From positions 1 through 39,143 of the forward strand of contig PNXW01002812.1 in assembly GCA_013265495.1 (NCBI GenBank): a stretch of 39,143 nt of DNA, given 5' to 3'. Below are positions 37,404-39,143 of the stretch, in pieces (position 1 is the first letter of the stretch; the number at the start of each line of letters is the position of its first letter). A model generated the notes under the pieces. It saw nothing but the letters and a program-made list of their open reading frames with translations, did no database searches and had not been told where the DNA came from. Made by a program: the position numbers and the translations under genes. This DNA comes from Vicugna vicugna. Lineage: Eukaryota.

Positions 37404-37630
37404 TTAATATCCAACGTTTTTATTTATTTATTTTTAACATTATTTTATTGAGTTATAGTCAGTTTACAATGTTGTGTCAAATTCCAGTGTAGAGCACAAT
37501 TTTTCAGTTATACATGAACATATATATATATATTCATTGTCACATTTTTTTTGCTGTGAACCACCACAAGATCCTGTATATATTTCCCTGTGCTACACAG
37601 TATAATCTTGTTTATCTATTCTACATTTTG
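37404..37630 (-). mobile_element. Young L1 3' tip nested in the older L1
   Basis: 'ttttattgagttatagtcagtttacaatgttgtgtcaaattccagtgtagagcac...'; TSD tag(c/t)ttgtatttttt at 37389-37403 and 37631-37645. Confidence 0.92.
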
Positions 37631-38139
37631 TAGTTTGTATTTTTTAGATTACAAAACATCCCATTAGGGATGTATGGGGGGAATAAAGCTTTTTCACCCA
37701 CGATGTCTCCTCAAGTTCACTCTGTCCATCCTTCTTAACTCGATACACAAGAAAATGGTAATAAACCTACAAATAAGAGAATCCATGGAAATGAAAATGA
37801 AGATCTGTTAGCTTTATTGGATTTTTCTCTAACTCTGCCTCTCTGTGTTCAGAGACCCATCAGTAGCATCCTTTCTCCAGTATCCACACCCGAATGTTCT
37901 TCTCACACCTGTAGCCACTGCTTCTGGTTTAGAACTTTTTATTTCCAAATCCAGGCAGCCTCCTAGCCCTGATTAAAGTGTATGGATTTATATCACCCAC
38001 CACAGCACTTCTGTCCTCTCCCACCACTGTTCTATAATTTGAAATGAAGCTGCTGAGGAAAGAGCACTGCATTTGCAAATGGCAGGGAGATGGGTGACTT
38101 CCATTTCTGACCCTCATTACCCATTAATCTTAGACCTGG

Positions 38140-38355
38140 ATATGCTACAGAATCAGACAGATCTGGTTCAAATCTGAGATCTTTTCCTTTGTTGTAGAAT
38201 CTTGGGCAAATGACTTATCTCTCTAAACCTCACTTTCCTCATCTTCAAATGGAGATAATACTCATTGCACTAATTATACCATGGAACCAAGTAAAATCCC
38301 ATACATGTGGTCTGTAGGAGAGCAGCTAGGATGCTCTAAGTGGCAACGTAGATAA
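38140..38355 (+). mobile_element. MIR SINE
   Basis: 'gaatcagacagatctggttcaaatctg...tcttgggcaaatgacttatctctctaaacctcactttcctcatcttcaaatggagataata'. Confidence 0.9.
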
Positions 38356-38706
38356 ATGACAGTTTTCATAAATTTTATGTTAAGCACCCGACCCAGAGCC
38401 CAACACCTCATGAACGCCCTGTCGGTTTTATTCCTTATTCTTTTTCTGAAATATGTCTTGAGTACTTTCTTGACATTCAGACAACAGCTTTAATTCTGGA
38501 CACAGTGATGACTGCTTTACTGAGTTTCCATGGCCAACCCTGGACTAGGTCAGAATCTCAGGCCTCCATCCTGCCCAGTATTTTTCTAGCTCCGTTTCCC
38601 ACAATGAACTAGTGACTTAGAGGCATACCTCACTGAATCTTAATATTTGAACCACAAGAAACCCTATAAGACTTTTTCCATGCGTTAACCATCAGTTCTG
38701 TGTGTG

Positions 38707-38708
<2 letters not shown>

Positions 38709-38744
<36 letters not shown>
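38709..38744 (+). repeat. (TG)18 microsatellite
   Basis: Direct reading. Confidence 0.97.
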
Positions 38745-38745
<1 letters not shown>

Positions 38746-38814
38746 CTGACTGATGCTGAGAGGTCATGGGAGTTCTACATTAAAAAGAAAAATTAATCCT
38801 CCTCTTCATACTGG

Positions 38815-39143
38815 TCCTATTACTTTCCTGGGGCTTTCATAACAAATTCAATGAGCCTGGTAGCTCGAAACAACATAAATTTATTATTTTATTGTTCTAG
38901 AGGCCAGAAGTCTGAAATCAAGGTGCTGGCACGGACGTGCTCCCCCTGAAGGTTTTAGGGGAGGAGACTTCTTGTCTCTTTCAGCTTCTAGTTGCTCCCA
39001 GAAACCCTTAGCTTCCTTGGCGTCTTCGCTCTAATCTCTATCAATCACCCTGATCACATTGCTGCTTCCTCTTCATGTGTCCCCCTGTCTTCTCTTCCGT
39101 ATCTTCTAAGGGCACCTCTTATTGTATTTAAGGCACATCCCGC
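38815..39143 (-). mobile_element. MLT1-family MaLR LTR (MLT1B/C-like), runs off the window end
   Basis: 'tttcctggggctttcataacaaatt...aaacaacataaatttatt...gttctagaggccagaagtctgaaatcaaggtgctggca...tcagcttctagttgctcc'. Confidence 0.88.

Overview
Mammalian genomic DNA, intronic or intergenic. The host is most likely a camelid (alpaca/camel lineage), inferred from the L1 3' ends and from the apparent absence of Alu, Bov-A/tA, PRE1 and B1/B2 SINEs. I could not recognise any protein-coding gene or RNA gene. The ORF-track hits I can assign come from L1 ORF2, ERVL pol/dUTPase or simple repeats; the rest look like chance ORFs. Much of the window is transposon debris: old L1M, L2, MIR, MER44, MER3, MER5A, MLT1, a collapsed LTR16C/ERVL provirus, and six young lineage-specific L1 fragments. 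The most unusual structures are (i) two overlapping ~480-bp tandem duplications of largely unique DNA (A-B-A-B-C-B-C, 12812-14564) whose order can be read from the sequence; (ii) a twin-primed, 5'-inverted L1 with a large internal deletion; (iii) an L1 nested in an older L1, with a possible mini 3' transduction; (iv) the same ORF2 C-terminal frameshift in two L1 copies; and (v) three repeat-free, motif-dense blocks that look like conserved enhancers. I see no evidence for a new multi-gene system. Repeat names come from recalled consensus sequences, not a database search, and the boundaries of old repeats are approximate.
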